Of a stretch of 64,000 nt of DNA, positions 34,912 to 46,950 are shown in pieces. Position 1 is the first letter of the stretch. The number at the start of each line of letters is the position of its first letter. The stretch spans positions 1,167,235-1,231,234 of the forward strand of contig NMRA01000052.1 in the NCBI GenBank assembly GCA_002633005.1, written 5' to 3'. The stretch is from Phoronis australis. Taxonomy: Eukaryota; Animalia; Phoronida. A model generated the notes under the pieces. The model made no database searches. It had not been told where the DNA came from and worked only from the letters and a program-made list of their open reading frames with translations. A program made the translations under genes and the position numbers.

Positions 34912-36497
34912 TGCTCTGTCCAGTTAACTGAAATTGAGCTCTAAAAGGAGGTTATGCTTTGGACGAAAGAATTAGGTGTTTTAGTTTTAAAATTCAACTT
35001 GGTCGAGATAGATATTTGAAAAATATAACAAATGAAATAGACGTAATTATTAAAACCAAGAAAGCAGAATTGATGGTCATATAATTTTTATTTTCAAGTG
35101 CGAGCCTGGTTTTTTATCGTAATCAAAATATGTATTTAATAACATCAAGTATTGCTTCAGATCAATGACAAATCAACTGTTAGTCCCGGTAGTGCCTACC
35201 TCACCAGGACCTGGGCTATGCTTGAAGCTAATAGGCCTACTCTTGATCAACAAATTAAACCAGATGTGACTAATTGCAAATGACAGCAAAATGGTATGAG
35301 CCACCACTGTCGAATATATGTTCAACTCGTCAACAATACGACCAGATGACCTGGTTCGTGTAGAAAGCATTTTTATCAAGAATTTATTAGAAGAAACGTA
35401 ACCCTGCATTCAGCATGATACCTAATCCGTAACACTACGATCGCCGCAATTTGGTCATGTTTACTTTTCATGTTTCGAACCTAGTTTTCCGGAAAAAAAC
35501 TTATGTCCTTTCGTCAGACAACTCTTTGGTACATTGACTTGTTCTTTAACTCTATTTTTCTACGTCTCTGTGGTTAATTATTGACACATTTTTTAAGATT
35601 TGATATTCAGGTTGAGCTCTAAAGACCGGCAATTTAACTCACGCAATGTAAATTTCCGCTTTGTTTATCGCAGTGAGCCTCGCTTTGGATTTTAATGTCC
35701 GCCGCGTGAATTGGGTCTATATATTTCATTTTCATTCATCTGAGTTAATCAATTAATTTTTTAAAATAAGATACAATCTTTTGAATATCAAGTAATTTAC
35801 GAAATGGGGATGATCGTTACGTAAATGCTAAATGCCAGTTTACGCGACATATAGTTTTCGAAACAGGGTTCATTGGCTTTCTCAGAATTGAATTCACTTA
35901 ATGACTGTAAGATTTAATCTTTTAAACAGCATGCTGTTATTTAATTATTTAAAAGTGAATATTCTAAATACGATCAATCTTTTCTGTTAAATGCCTTTTG
36001 CGCCCCATTATTGTAATTCCAACACTTTCATAGTAATAGGCCACGTGCAATAACACTAAACATTATACAAATAATGACATACCGTTTTCCTTTTTTCTAC
36101 ACTTGGTTTTCGTAGAAAGTTATTCACTATATGAATTCTTTATTTTCATAATTGCTAGTCAGCAGTAATAAAACAATACTTTATCGATCCGAACACCTTC
36201 CATTACTACCTCCTGGGGTAGGGACGTGACAAAAAATTCACTTTACCTTTTTATCTTAAACAGCCTAACGATTTTATAGTATTTTAAAAATCCTTTCAAA
36301 CGAAAAGCAATAAAATCCGTTCAGCCGTTCATTTTTTATCGTCGTTTTATAACAGTGAGAATACATAGGAATAGTAGCACGTTAGTGTGACCGAATACTA
36401 AGTATTCCCCAATAAATTTCTCAACCTCGTTGTTTCTATCTGTTCCAACGAACCACCTGCTCTACGTATACAGCCGAACCGCATTTTCCCTGTACGT

Positions 36498-36666
36498 CAC
36501 AACCAGATTCAGGAGTGCGTTTAGTAACCCTAGGACCTACGCTAGGACCTAGCTAAAATCACTTGTTCCCATTTGAAATACACGGCAATATCTCACGTAA
36601 TCTCACGAAGTATTGCTTTTTAGCGAGGTCGTAGCATTACTGAACGGGAGGCAGATTCTGGTTGTG
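36498..36666. mobile_element. Palindromic MITE-like element
   Basis: Imperfect inverted arms: CACAACCAGATTC...CGTTTAGTAA...GACCTAGCTAAAA versus TTTTAGCGAGGTC...TTACTGAACG...GATTCTGGTTGTG. Confidence 0.6.
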
Positions 36667-37790
36667 TTACCTCACAAGATATAGGTTCTTCACTGGAGTC
36701 AGGAACAAGACACAATAGCTCTTAGCACACTTAACTTTCATTTGACAGTGACTGATACCAGAAATCTAATGATATTTAGTAAATTTCCAATTGCCACCGA
36801 ATTTTTCAATAAAAAAGCATCACTGTCTCTGTTATTATGGCGCTGTAGGTACAAATGGAGGGCGCGACCATTTCTAAGTTTTCACATGGAACAGAGCTGA
36901 AATAATCTCTTTGCCAGGTTGGGTTGAAGCAAGTAACTTTCTTCTTTTTAATTTAAGAGACATCCTGAAAACATGCAATAAGAGTGAAGTAAGAATCAGA
37001 ATCCTATGAATTAAAACCAATATGACCTATTAAAACTAGAGCACAGAAATTTAAACATGTAATTCAAAAAGCAACAACTGAATCCATGAGCAATGCGTTT
37101 ACCTTGATTAAAAATCCTTTTTGATCCCCTGTTAGTGAGTTTAAACGACAAATCTTGTACCGAAGTAAAAAAGCAATGCATTTATTGTCACTTGAATTGT
37201 GATTAAATTTTTGGGAATTGTCCAAATTTCATCTGGGTCTTTGAGAGTTATTTTAGATAGGCAAGAATCGTCCAATTTCACTTTACTATTTGGAGATCTG
37301 ATTATACATTTTTCCATATTCAGGCTTCAACTAAATTCACTGAAACATCACCATTTCTTAAAATATTAGTTTCTAATTGCCAAAAACCTTCTATAAACCT
37401 GTCGGTTTTCGTAGATACATAAACATGGAAATCAGTTCCATGTTAACATCAGAATATTGAACCATGAAATATTAATCATTATTTCATGTTTCACATTAAA
37501 TTGAAACATTTAACTGGAAACCCGCCTCCAAACGACCCGATTCTGTTCGTATTAACATGAATCAATTCAATGGGAAATTGTCTGATGTCCTGACCAATAT
37601 CTCAAGTTTCATTATCCATTTTAACTGAATTTTAGAAGTGGAAACTAGCACACGGGGCTCTATCGATCGATCTCTTCTCCATTTAAGGGTCTGTGCTCTT
37701 AAAAACACCATCAGAAGCTAGCGGTGCGAAAAGCAAAACAATTGACTGCTTACTGACGTGACTATTCATTGACTTCAGCACAACCTTCGA

Positions 37791-39698
37791 ATGTTTCGTC
37801 AACAACGAAAATTCGTTTTTCTCTTTGCATTAGTCGCATTTAGCGAAGCAATTGAAAAGTGGTTTAATAAACGCGAAAACCTGAAGGCCACAAATTGTCC
37901 GGCGAGAATAAATACACCTACACTCACTCTATGCTTTGTGAGTTGTTTGGAACAGAATCGGGGTGAACCTGGGAAGTGTGTGGCTATTAACTTTAACGGG
38001 CACTCGTCAGTTTGTGACTTGTGTGACGTAAACAGCAAACTCACACCCCTGCAGTCGATATGGCAAACTTGGATCTCTGCACCAGTTGAAACAATCAAGG
38101 TGATAGCAGGTAAGAAGACGCAATATATGTTGTGTGTTTTGCTTAACGATAAACTAATTGCATATATCGTAAATATTTCAAATGTACCTACATAACTGGA
38201 TGAAAGTTTTACATTCACACCTCTTGTCTCGAATTCAAAAGGTATATCGGCTAATTTATCCAATTAAACTTGTTTCTCCAACACAATTAAGGTCCCATAA
38301 AATATTCAAGTGGAACAAACTAGCTACTCGCCGTAAACCCCCACCTCCATTGAATACTTTGAATACTTAAACAACATAAGGAACTTTTCAAATAAAGTTC
38401 TAAATGACTATGTACAAGCGACAAAACACTAATAAGATGCAGACTGCGACAAACCAACTCATATTCCATTCTAACTTCCCTCAGTCAGGCCTTCAGGACT
38501 GTAATAAAGGTAATAAATAGCATCAGTAACTGGAATTTCTTACAAACTAAACTAAAAGGAAGCACCTCCCGTCTCTCTCAAACATAACTTCAAACAGTAT
38601 ATCACTGCTCCAGACATGCCGGGGCCCTTAGCGTGATATCAACGTACCCTCAATTATATGAAATTAACTAAAACTGATCAAGATCCAACTGTTCCTTAAA
38701 ATAAGAGTGACATATTAGACACAAATTTAAGAACTCTACAGAACTGTGTTGCTGTGGAGTCTTCCAGACATTTGGGCGTATCTTCTTTACGATATTAATT
38801 TATGGCCAGATGTATAATAGGTATTTTAAGAACGAAATGTTGATATGTTGATCATGAACATCATGATCATTTGCGTCAATAGCCTCCTATGATATCCTCT
38901 TTAATTGCACAGTTACCGAAGACCAGAGAACAGAACTTTCAGACACTTGAACAATGCCCGGATATTCACAACGCTTACTCAGAATCCCCCAAAGTTCCTG
39001 ATAAACTATTCCTTAAAGGGTATATAAAACTTAATACCAGTGAAATATGGAATAATTCAAAAAAGTTGCTAAATTTCTATTTCATAGCGGAATGATTCGA
39101 CATTGACTATATGGACTTACCTAAATTATTCCCTTTTTCGTACATGTAATTGAAAAAATACCGTATTTGGCCATACCTGTAAAGCATGTAATTATTCTTG
39201 ACAAGACATTGTAAACAAATATCAAACATTTATATTAACCTTCATACCTTTATCCATTTTCACGTTCATAATTGTAATGTTTAATGTGTACACTGTATAT
39301 CTTGAAATTCTTGTTGTACTTTATGCGTATCAAAATGCACGTATAAATATTTGTATTCATCTGTGCATGCATATGCAAAATTCAATTGAATACATAACAG
39401 TTGTCGTTATTTACAATCTTTATTCCGTATCCTCGACACTCAACAGAGCATTGGTAAAGCAACTGAACAAGAGACACGATTAAAAGATACACGTACGCAG
39501 ATTGCAGGTAAACAGTTAGGTAGGTAGGTAGGTATGTATGTAGGTATTTAGGTATGTAAGTAGGTAGGTATGTATGTATTTAGACAAGTATGCAGGTAAG
39601 TATGTATGTAAGAAGGTATGTACATGTATGTAGGTAAGTATGTATGTATATAATGTATGTATGTATTTGTACATGCACACTAACTCACACACGCCACA

Positions 39699-39756
<58 letters not shown>

Positions 39757-42700
39757 AAACGCACACACAAGTACATGCGCACACGCACACAAATAATCGA
39801 AATTGTGAAGAATATGCCGTAATTCACAGATTGTGCGGAGCGGTTCTACTTTGGCAGCCGAATTAGTGGTGTGTACAACATCTCCAAAAGCGATGGCCGA
39901 GTGGTGTCAGTCTACTGTGACATGGAAACGGACGGAGGAGGATGGATGGTTAGTGCAATTTTCGAATATATCTTGAAAGCCCTGCGTCCAAAAGTGGTGA
40001 ATTACTGTACTCACTCTAGCCGTTCTTAAAGAGTTTTGCTTCATTTGGAGATGACTTTATTAAGTCGAAGTTAACTCTAATTGGTAATTCCTACGGGCGC
40101 GACGTATTTGTAAGTATGACATCTTTGTACAAGAACATATTTGTTGCAGGTAAAGAGAACTTTTTGAATCAACCTTTGTGGTTTAATAGTAACTTGACGA
40201 TCGGAGGCACAAGTGTTTTCTATAAGTCTTGGTTTGTAAAAGGCTTAAGATTTATTAGAGATATGTATACCTCTGATGGTGATTTCGTAAGTTTGAACCA
40301 TATGAAATGGGTTCGATATATAAACCAACTTTGTAAAATATAATGGTGTTGTTTCCGTTCTAAGAAAGTTTCAAAAAAGTCTACTTCAAGGTAAATTTAA
40401 AAGTGTTAATGTCTACTCTCCTTTCACCCCTTTAGCAATTACTCAGTTACGGAAATATTTGAAGGGTTGTAAACATATGTGTTCAGTCTTTAATGACGTT
40501 AAGAAACCTTCTAATTCAGAGTGTAAATGGGAAATAGAGTTAGAAGATAGTTTAGATTGGCAGCTAGTATCTGTAGGTCACCATGAGAAAACATGGATTG
40601 AGACATACCCTGGTCCTCACGTCTATTTCTACGACGATATGTAGACGATGTGTTTTGTATATTTGAAAATCAGCAGTCAGCCCAGTAATTTTTGGTGTAT
40701 TTAAACTCGAGGCATCCTAACTTGAAATTCAGTGTAGAGTTAGAGGTCGATAACATTTTACCATTTCTGGACGTGTTAGTTGAGCGTGAGGTTACCTCAG
40801 TGATAACATCAGTATTTCATAAGAAGACCTACACAGGAGTGTACACTTGTTTTCATAGCTTCACATCCTTTGTTTATAAAGTAGGTCTCATTAAAACTCT
40901 ATAGACAGGGTATATCGCATTAACAACACTTGGGCTAGATTTGATTCTAATATTAAAGAACTTACAACGAATTAGCAAAAGAATGGCTATCCCCTAGAAT
41001 TAGTTAATAGGTACTGAAAGCAAGACTCCAACGTAACCCTGATGATGTTCATCCTGTAGACAAATTAAACTAACTACAAGTACTTTAAAATACCCTATGT
41101 TGGGTTTTACGCCAAGATTGGTCAACGAAAACTCAACAAATTGGTGAATGATTACTGTGTGAACTTAAGAGTTGTCTTAACATTCAAGTCTCTAAAACTG
41201 TCGAATTTATTTAACCCTAAGGACAAAATTTCTATGGGTCTACGGTCCAAGGTAGTAAACAAATTTATCTGTGCTGGACGTGGCTCCAGTTATATAGGCG
41301 AAACTGCTCGCCATTTGAAAACCAGGGCCAAGGAACATCTAAATTCTGAAAGAAATTCACATGTAAATATTCACCTACAGAGTTCCAATCATTGTTATCA
41401 GCAGTGCTCTTTCAATGACTTTGGAGTAATAGACCAGGCAGTAACAACAAAGGAGCTTAAAATTCGCGAGGCTTTACACATCGGTTGGTGCAAGCCCAAT
41501 CTCAATAGGCAACTGACACACCACAGGTTGTCATTGTTGGTCTAGTTCATTATCACTCCCTGTAACTGACTGTATCTGTGCTTCATTACTTGTTGCTTGC
41601 GGCCACTGTATTCTCACTTCTGAAGATGGTGTTGAATAAATGACACCGAAACATGCCAGTCAAGTCTTAAAACCGTTGTTGTTTTCTTTAATATATGCTG
41701 CTACTTGCTATCATGGAACTCCATATAGAAGTTGTTTACTTTATTCGAGATACGAGAATGGTCTCTCCTGAGGTGTGCATGCGTGAATGAATGAATATAC
41801 TCATTTGTTTGTCTGTTTTTGTACTTGTTTATAAACGATAATAAATACCTGGAAAAAATTCCGAATATATTGTTCCAGTTTCAAACAGCGGAGTTCGACC
41901 GCTTCACTCGAGCAATCGGGATTTATTGTCAAACGTCGAAGCCGGACGAAAATTTTGTTGTTCAAAGGAAGAGGTTGTGAAAGTAGCGCCATTGTTTGAA
42001 TTGTTCGCACGCCATTAAAACTTGAGATCAATATCGCCTTCTAAAGTAGACGCCGTTAGCAATACTTAAACAGCTGAGTTCAATGATGGTCGTATCATAC
42101 ATTTTACGCCTACCAGCTGAGTTTATTTTTACATAAAATTTGATTTTCTACTTTTTCGAATGAGCGTCCATCCTAAGTACTGTGAGGGTATGAAGGATAA
42201 ATGTCATTCAATGGATGTTATTTATTCTTTATGTCCTCATCAACACGACCTGAGGACGCAAAGCAAAACCGTCCATTCCAATTGTCGTCCGTCCCTCCCA
42301 TTGTTTTGGTTCCTCTTATACGACTCCATTCCATCACAATCCGAGATTCATATCGAATAAAAAAAAGCCTGGCAATAATCATCAAAATGATTATGAGAAA
42401 TATATCATCAATAAAACTTCAAAATTCTCAAAATATTGTACCTTCCAAAAGTACGGAATGTGAATCATTTCAGGTGTTTCAAAGACGACTTAACGGCTCT
42501 CAGGACTTTTCCCTCTCCTGGAATGACTACAAACAAGGATTCGGTTCAGCTTACCACGATTTTGTTTGCCTAGTAAAAAATCGGCCTGTCTAAAACTTTC
42601 AACCACATGACACAACTTTTGTAAAAACACCCTTGTGCAATGTAACTCAGTAACTCTTCGTTAATAGTTTTATTTTAAACTGAACAATTATAAATTGCAC

Positions 42701-45700
42701 TCAGCTTTCGTAACAACTGTTGAGTCGTGTATCCGCCGTCTCTAAACAGATTATTGTAAAATTTAGTTAGTGGTTAGATATTGACGAGCATCGTCCCTAG
42801 ATTTACACCCGTTTCTTACTCCTTATTACCGTTGGCCCGAGATATTTGACATTTAGTGATCAGATGACATCATTTATTGACTGTCCCCGGACCACGAGGC
42901 ATATTCGTTGTTTTATCATAGCGTGCTGCAGGTTGTAATTTTCGTCCGATCAATATACAATTCAATTCATATACTGTATCGGTGATTAAGATCTTCAAGC
43001 AAGAAGCTGACTCATTTGCCATAGATAAAGACACATCAAGAGAAAAAAAGTCTACATACCAGCGTGTTGATCCAACTCTGTTGAATTGATTTGTTGGAAT
43101 AATCATTGTAGGTAATGATGAACTTCATTGCGTCACCAACAGATCAACTGTTTACGAACTTAGGATTGACCTGGAAGACTTCGAAAACACCACGGTTTTC
43201 GCGCTCTACAGAGAGTTTCGTGTGGCTGACGAGGACCACAAGTATCGGGTAACTGTTAACGGGTATAACGAGAACAGCACCTCAGGTTAGAAGTTATAAA
43301 ACCTGGTTGAATAAACTTTTAAAGCCATCTCCGCTACGTCAAAAATCAGATTTTATCGACGCCACTTACCGTTGCCACGAAATTGATCTCAAATTGCTTT
43401 GTAGTCAAATTACAGGTGATTCCTTACCTCCAGAAGAACTGACATTTCGTTATTGGATTTTCAGCGCGATCAACAAGTTCGGACTTGTCACGGCGGGCCA
43501 TTTTATTAACTAGACATGGCCTCGAAGAATAACGCGCAGTGTAAAGTTAAAGCTACTAGTCCCAAAATCACTTCTCACCTCAGTAAGGAACAGATCGAAG
43601 TCACTGCATAGGGGTGTGGTCTAAATCAGTGTTCGTGGTCATGTCCCAAAACCACGATAACTCGGCTGGTGGGTCTGTAGTGGGGGTCAATCCTCCTTCT
43701 GTGTGTCATTGCATCTTCCTTTCCTCAACAGGCCCGCAGGAAAATTTGATTAACATTATTGGAGGAACACAATCCAATTTGACTTCGCCAAATTTTATCC
43801 CCCTTTAAATCGCCGCCACCTCCGACCGACACCCTCCTTCCTATTCCCCGGATGACGGCAATTTGTTACTGACATTCACGCCCACCATAGGTGAGGGGCA
43901 AACTCCAGTGTGACAGAACTTAAGTTACCACGTTTCGAAAAAGTTCGCGGAGATTGAGAATGAAGGCTAGCGCAGATGGATAGCTAGGAGCTGGACTGTC
44001 TTCCTCAGTCAGATGAACTATAGCTTAAGTTGACAGCTCGTGGCAACTGATGGTGTAAAAGTACGAGTTGAATCAAGTGCATAGGCTAGCCGCTGGTCAG
44101 CTCTGTTACGATTAACTGGAGACTGGCTACTCAACTCGTTACTAACCGTCTGCGCTAGCCCTAAGGTCACAATTCATTATTGTCCAGTTAGTGGAATTTC
44201 ATTTGATCTGGGCCATACTTCTAATTAAAGATATGAGATTTCGCGATACCTGGTACACTGCCTTTGGGGCTGTTTCAAATTTGAGACGAGACATCCCATA
44301 GGATTTGGTAGAACCCCCCAAAAATTTCTGAATTTATTCGTGCTAACGTGCATTTTCGGTTCAATCCAGAGGTTAAACTTGAACTAAAATATTAGCTGAA
44401 ATCTTTTTTTTATGATTGCCAGTACATGTACAGTACAATGAGACCTTTTCCCGTTAGATAAGTAAATCTGTACATACACGGTCATCAAAAATCGTACCCG
44501 GACAGTCTGTTCGGCATGTGCGAGGTTCTTACAAACAACTCCTATTCACTATCTTCAAAAGAACTTGATGTGTAAATGATAAGTAAAATTGTATATCTGT
44601 TTGCGTGTGGGTATAGGCCGTGTACTGATGTGTGGGTCTTAAATTTCGTTTTTCATCAACAGTTTGTAAATTAGCTAATGTATAAACGATTTATCGCCAT
44701 TTGAACTGTGAGAACATTTTGATAGGCAAACATCGTTCAGTTTACTTTGCTATTTGGGGATCTGATGATTGATCGAACTTTCCCAAATGTCAGCTTTCAA
44801 CTCAGGTCAGTGAAGCATTTGCCATTTCTTACAAAATTAGCTTCTAATTGTCAAAAAATCATCTTTCAATCAGTCGATTTTCGTATATACATAAACTTAT
44901 AATTAATCAGAAGCCAACAATCGATCGAGCAATGTGTTTCTTTGATTTAATGACTTAATTCCGTATTGATCTCCTGTTTGTGAGTTCAAACGACAAATCT
45001 TGTACCTTATTGAAAAAGCAATATCATTTGAATTGTGATTATATTTATTGGGAACACTCCGAATTTCAGCATTGTCTTTGAGGGATATTTTAGATAAGAA
45101 AAAATGGCCTAAGTGTACTTTACTATTTGGAGATCGGATTATAGAGTTTTCCAACTTCAGGCTGCAAGTAAATTCGCTGAAACATCATCAATTCGTACAA
45201 GATTAACTTTAAATAACCAAAAATAATCAACCTGTTGATTTTCATAGATACATAAACACGTAAATCAGAAACCAACGAATTTGTTTATGAATACGGAATG
45301 CAATAAGAAATTTCAGCAGGCATGCTCGCAGATTTTGACGGATGACCAGGGGAACATGGGAGATGGGGCATTCGAATTAACATGTATTTTTTGCTCATTT
45401 CAGAGGTATCTACATGTATAATGGTAAACGATTTAAACTTGAACTCCAAAAAACCCCAGAAATCTGTGTTTATGATTGTAAGTAGTTAGTACTTGGAGTA
45501 CCCCCGTTCGACATGTACACGATTATCCCATATCGTAGCCCTTACAGTATTTTCAACAAGACTTGTGCAAATTCCTTACAAACAACTCCTAGAAACGATT
45601 TTCAAAAAGTACTACTATTGTGTTACTTTGTCCCCGAGTCTCACATGAATGTCATCAATGGCCCTCTTCAAGCGTCGGGTCCCTAAATATGAAAAGATAT

Positions 45701-46950
45701 ATATTTTCAAAGATCAGGAAATGCGCAGCAATTGATGTTATCTGTCACGTCATCAATTTTTCTTAATTGATACAAAATTTTGAGAAAAAATAGAGCAACA
45801 GTTGTCTCCGTTATTCCTTGCCAGAGGGGAGCGTCTGGAAAAATATAGTTTTACGTTCGCAAGATTGCCTTGTTCATGTTGAACTTAAGTTTTCTCAATT
45901 TTTTTGAAATACGTATTTGAATTATTAAGTGCAAATTTTGAAGTGCATTTAGACGACCTATGCTGCGAAAAACAGAGATCCTAACAATGTCCTGGCCAGG
46001 GCCCTCAAACGGTGCACTGATACTGAGGTGTCAAATGTTCTCCTGAATTTTCGCTCTTATCCGTATTCGCAGTCTTCCTTTTCTCAACTGTCCGCGGCCC
46101 CCCACGCCTATGTCGGTTGACAAGTTAACCCTGTCGCCTGCAAATTTTTTGAGGGCACGTGCCCCCCCGCCCGGCCACTTCCTACGACCCTGTAAACAGT
46201 GAGTTTCCGTCATTGATGATTTGTAAAATGGAGTCTTTAGAATAGGATTTTTGAAGCGATAGTAACAAAAAGTTTCTAAAGAGATCTGTCGAACGAGAAT
46301 TCATTTGGTCTGTTATTTCGGTTGTGATAACAAATGGAACTGTTTTGAAAGTAATGTAAAAGTTAGTTAAGTAAACAGTAATATATTTTCAAGCAGGGTA
46401 TATTAAGAGTGTATTCAAGCCATAGGCGGATTTAGGGGGGGGGGGGGGGNNNNGGCGTGGTGATTCTTTATTATCAAGTCGAAGTAGCTGGCCTACTTTT
46501 CAATAAAACAGTTAATATTCAGTTGAAAACACGGCAACATTTCTCGACAGTCAAGCTTCTAGCAAATGCTCCTTAATTTGCTAAAATTATTTTACATACT
46601 GGAGCCAGATATAGCCGCAGGTATACATACAGTTGGCATAAATACGACCACATGCCGTAGTGTTTTCTATTGTACTTCCAGGGGATTCCTTCAGCTTTCA
46701 TAACGGGAAATACTTTTCAACAAAGGACGTGGATAACGATAATAACCGAAATAATTGCGGTCTGATGTTTAAAGGCGGATGGTGGTACGGTGATCCTTGT
46801 CATGAAGCCAATTTGAATGGTTTGTACTTGTCAGGAAATAACAACCAAGTGGGAGAAAGTGTGATTTGGTATCATTTCAGAGGTCAGTACTACTCCTTGC
46901 GAAAAACAGAGATGAAAATTCGACCAGTTGGCTTCAACAGTAAAAAATAA
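37791..46950 (+). CDS. Secreted PAN/apple + fibrinogen C-domain protein (FReD), copy B; exon-3 donor apparently lost, so possibly a pseudogene
   Basis: Exon 37791-38109: signal peptide MFRQQRKFVFLFALVAFSEA plus PAN-like CFVSC...CVAINF...CDLC. Exon 39830-39948: DCAERF...SGVYNI...VYCDMETDGGGWM. Exon 42474 to about 42560: VFQRRLNGSQDFSLSWNDYKQGFG. Then exons 43112-43285 and 46682-46950 (stop). All junctions are phase-consistent except exon 3 to exon 4. Confidence 0.85.
39516..39790. repeat. Compound microsatellite (TAGG/TATG)n followed by (CA)n
   Basis: Directly visible; it ends about 40 bp before FReD-B exon 2. Confidence 0.95.
40030..40565 (+). mobile_element. Tx1/L1-group LINE ORF2 C-terminal fragment
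   Basis: NFLNQPLWFNSNLTIGGTSVFYKSWFVKGLRFIRDM and KWEIELEDSLDW are typical of the post-RT region of Tx1/L1 elements. The frame is broken. Confidence 0.7.
40570..41700 (+). mobile_element. Penelope-like retroelement (RT C-terminal half + GIY-YIG endonuclease), 5'-truncated and decayed
   Basis: RYVDDVFCIF, LNSRHPNLKFSVELEVDNILPFLDVLV, TSVFHKKTYTGVY, NGYP, and the GIY-YIG region SKVVNKFICAGRGSSYIGETARHLKTRAKEH...IREALHI...PNLNRQ. It has stops and frameshifts. Confidence 0.9.
41616..41665 (+). ncRNA. Minimal type I hammerhead ribozyme in the Penelope 3' pseudo-LTR
   Basis: Stem I ACTT; core CTGAAGA; stem II GGTGTT/GACACC; GAAAC; short stem III; GTC cleavage triplet; stem I' AAGT. Confidence 0.75.
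41720..41860. repeat. Dispersed repeat, inverted copy at 58815-58975
   Basis: AGATACGAGAATGGTCTCTCCTGAG(G/A)TGTGCATG(C/A)GTGAATGAAT...TTTGTACTTGTTTAT is shared in opposite orientation. Confidence 0.75.
43964..44161. mobile_element. PIF/Harbinger (Tourist-like) MITE
   Basis: TGA|AGGCTAGCGCAGATGG ... CCGTCTGCGCTAGCCC|TAA, with a TWA-like 3-bp TSD. Confidence 0.65.
46421..46453 (+). mobile_element. Left end of a hAT-like MITE running into poly-G and an assembly gap
   Basis: CATAGGCGGATTTAGGGGG is identical to the start at 33952, followed by nnnn at 46450-46453. Confidence 0.6.

Larger units (their letters stand above)
33413..35718 (+). mobile_element. ISL2EU-like (PIF/Harbinger-related) DNA transposon remnant
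   Basis: AT|AGACCCTATATTCACGCCG...AAACGAGGCTCGCTACAATA and TATCGCAGTGAGCCTCGCTTT...CGCGTGAATTGGGTCT|AT (AT TSD, AG..CT ends). THAP exon at 33488-33622: SCTPRCSNS*KKYGHSTVCFTIPKDVGIRKRWVLAIRRDEGKYVR. A weak YqaJ-like motif (SGL/FVDQE*AY*LQA/SP) lies on the minus strand near 35210-35270. Confidence 0.72.

Noticed and set aside
37799-38263. 154-aa minus-strand ORF
   Set aside because: It is the antisense shadow of FReD-B exon 1.
39516-39827. ORFs with VCVCVC / HTHTHT runs
   Set aside because: These are translations of the (CA)n microsatellite.
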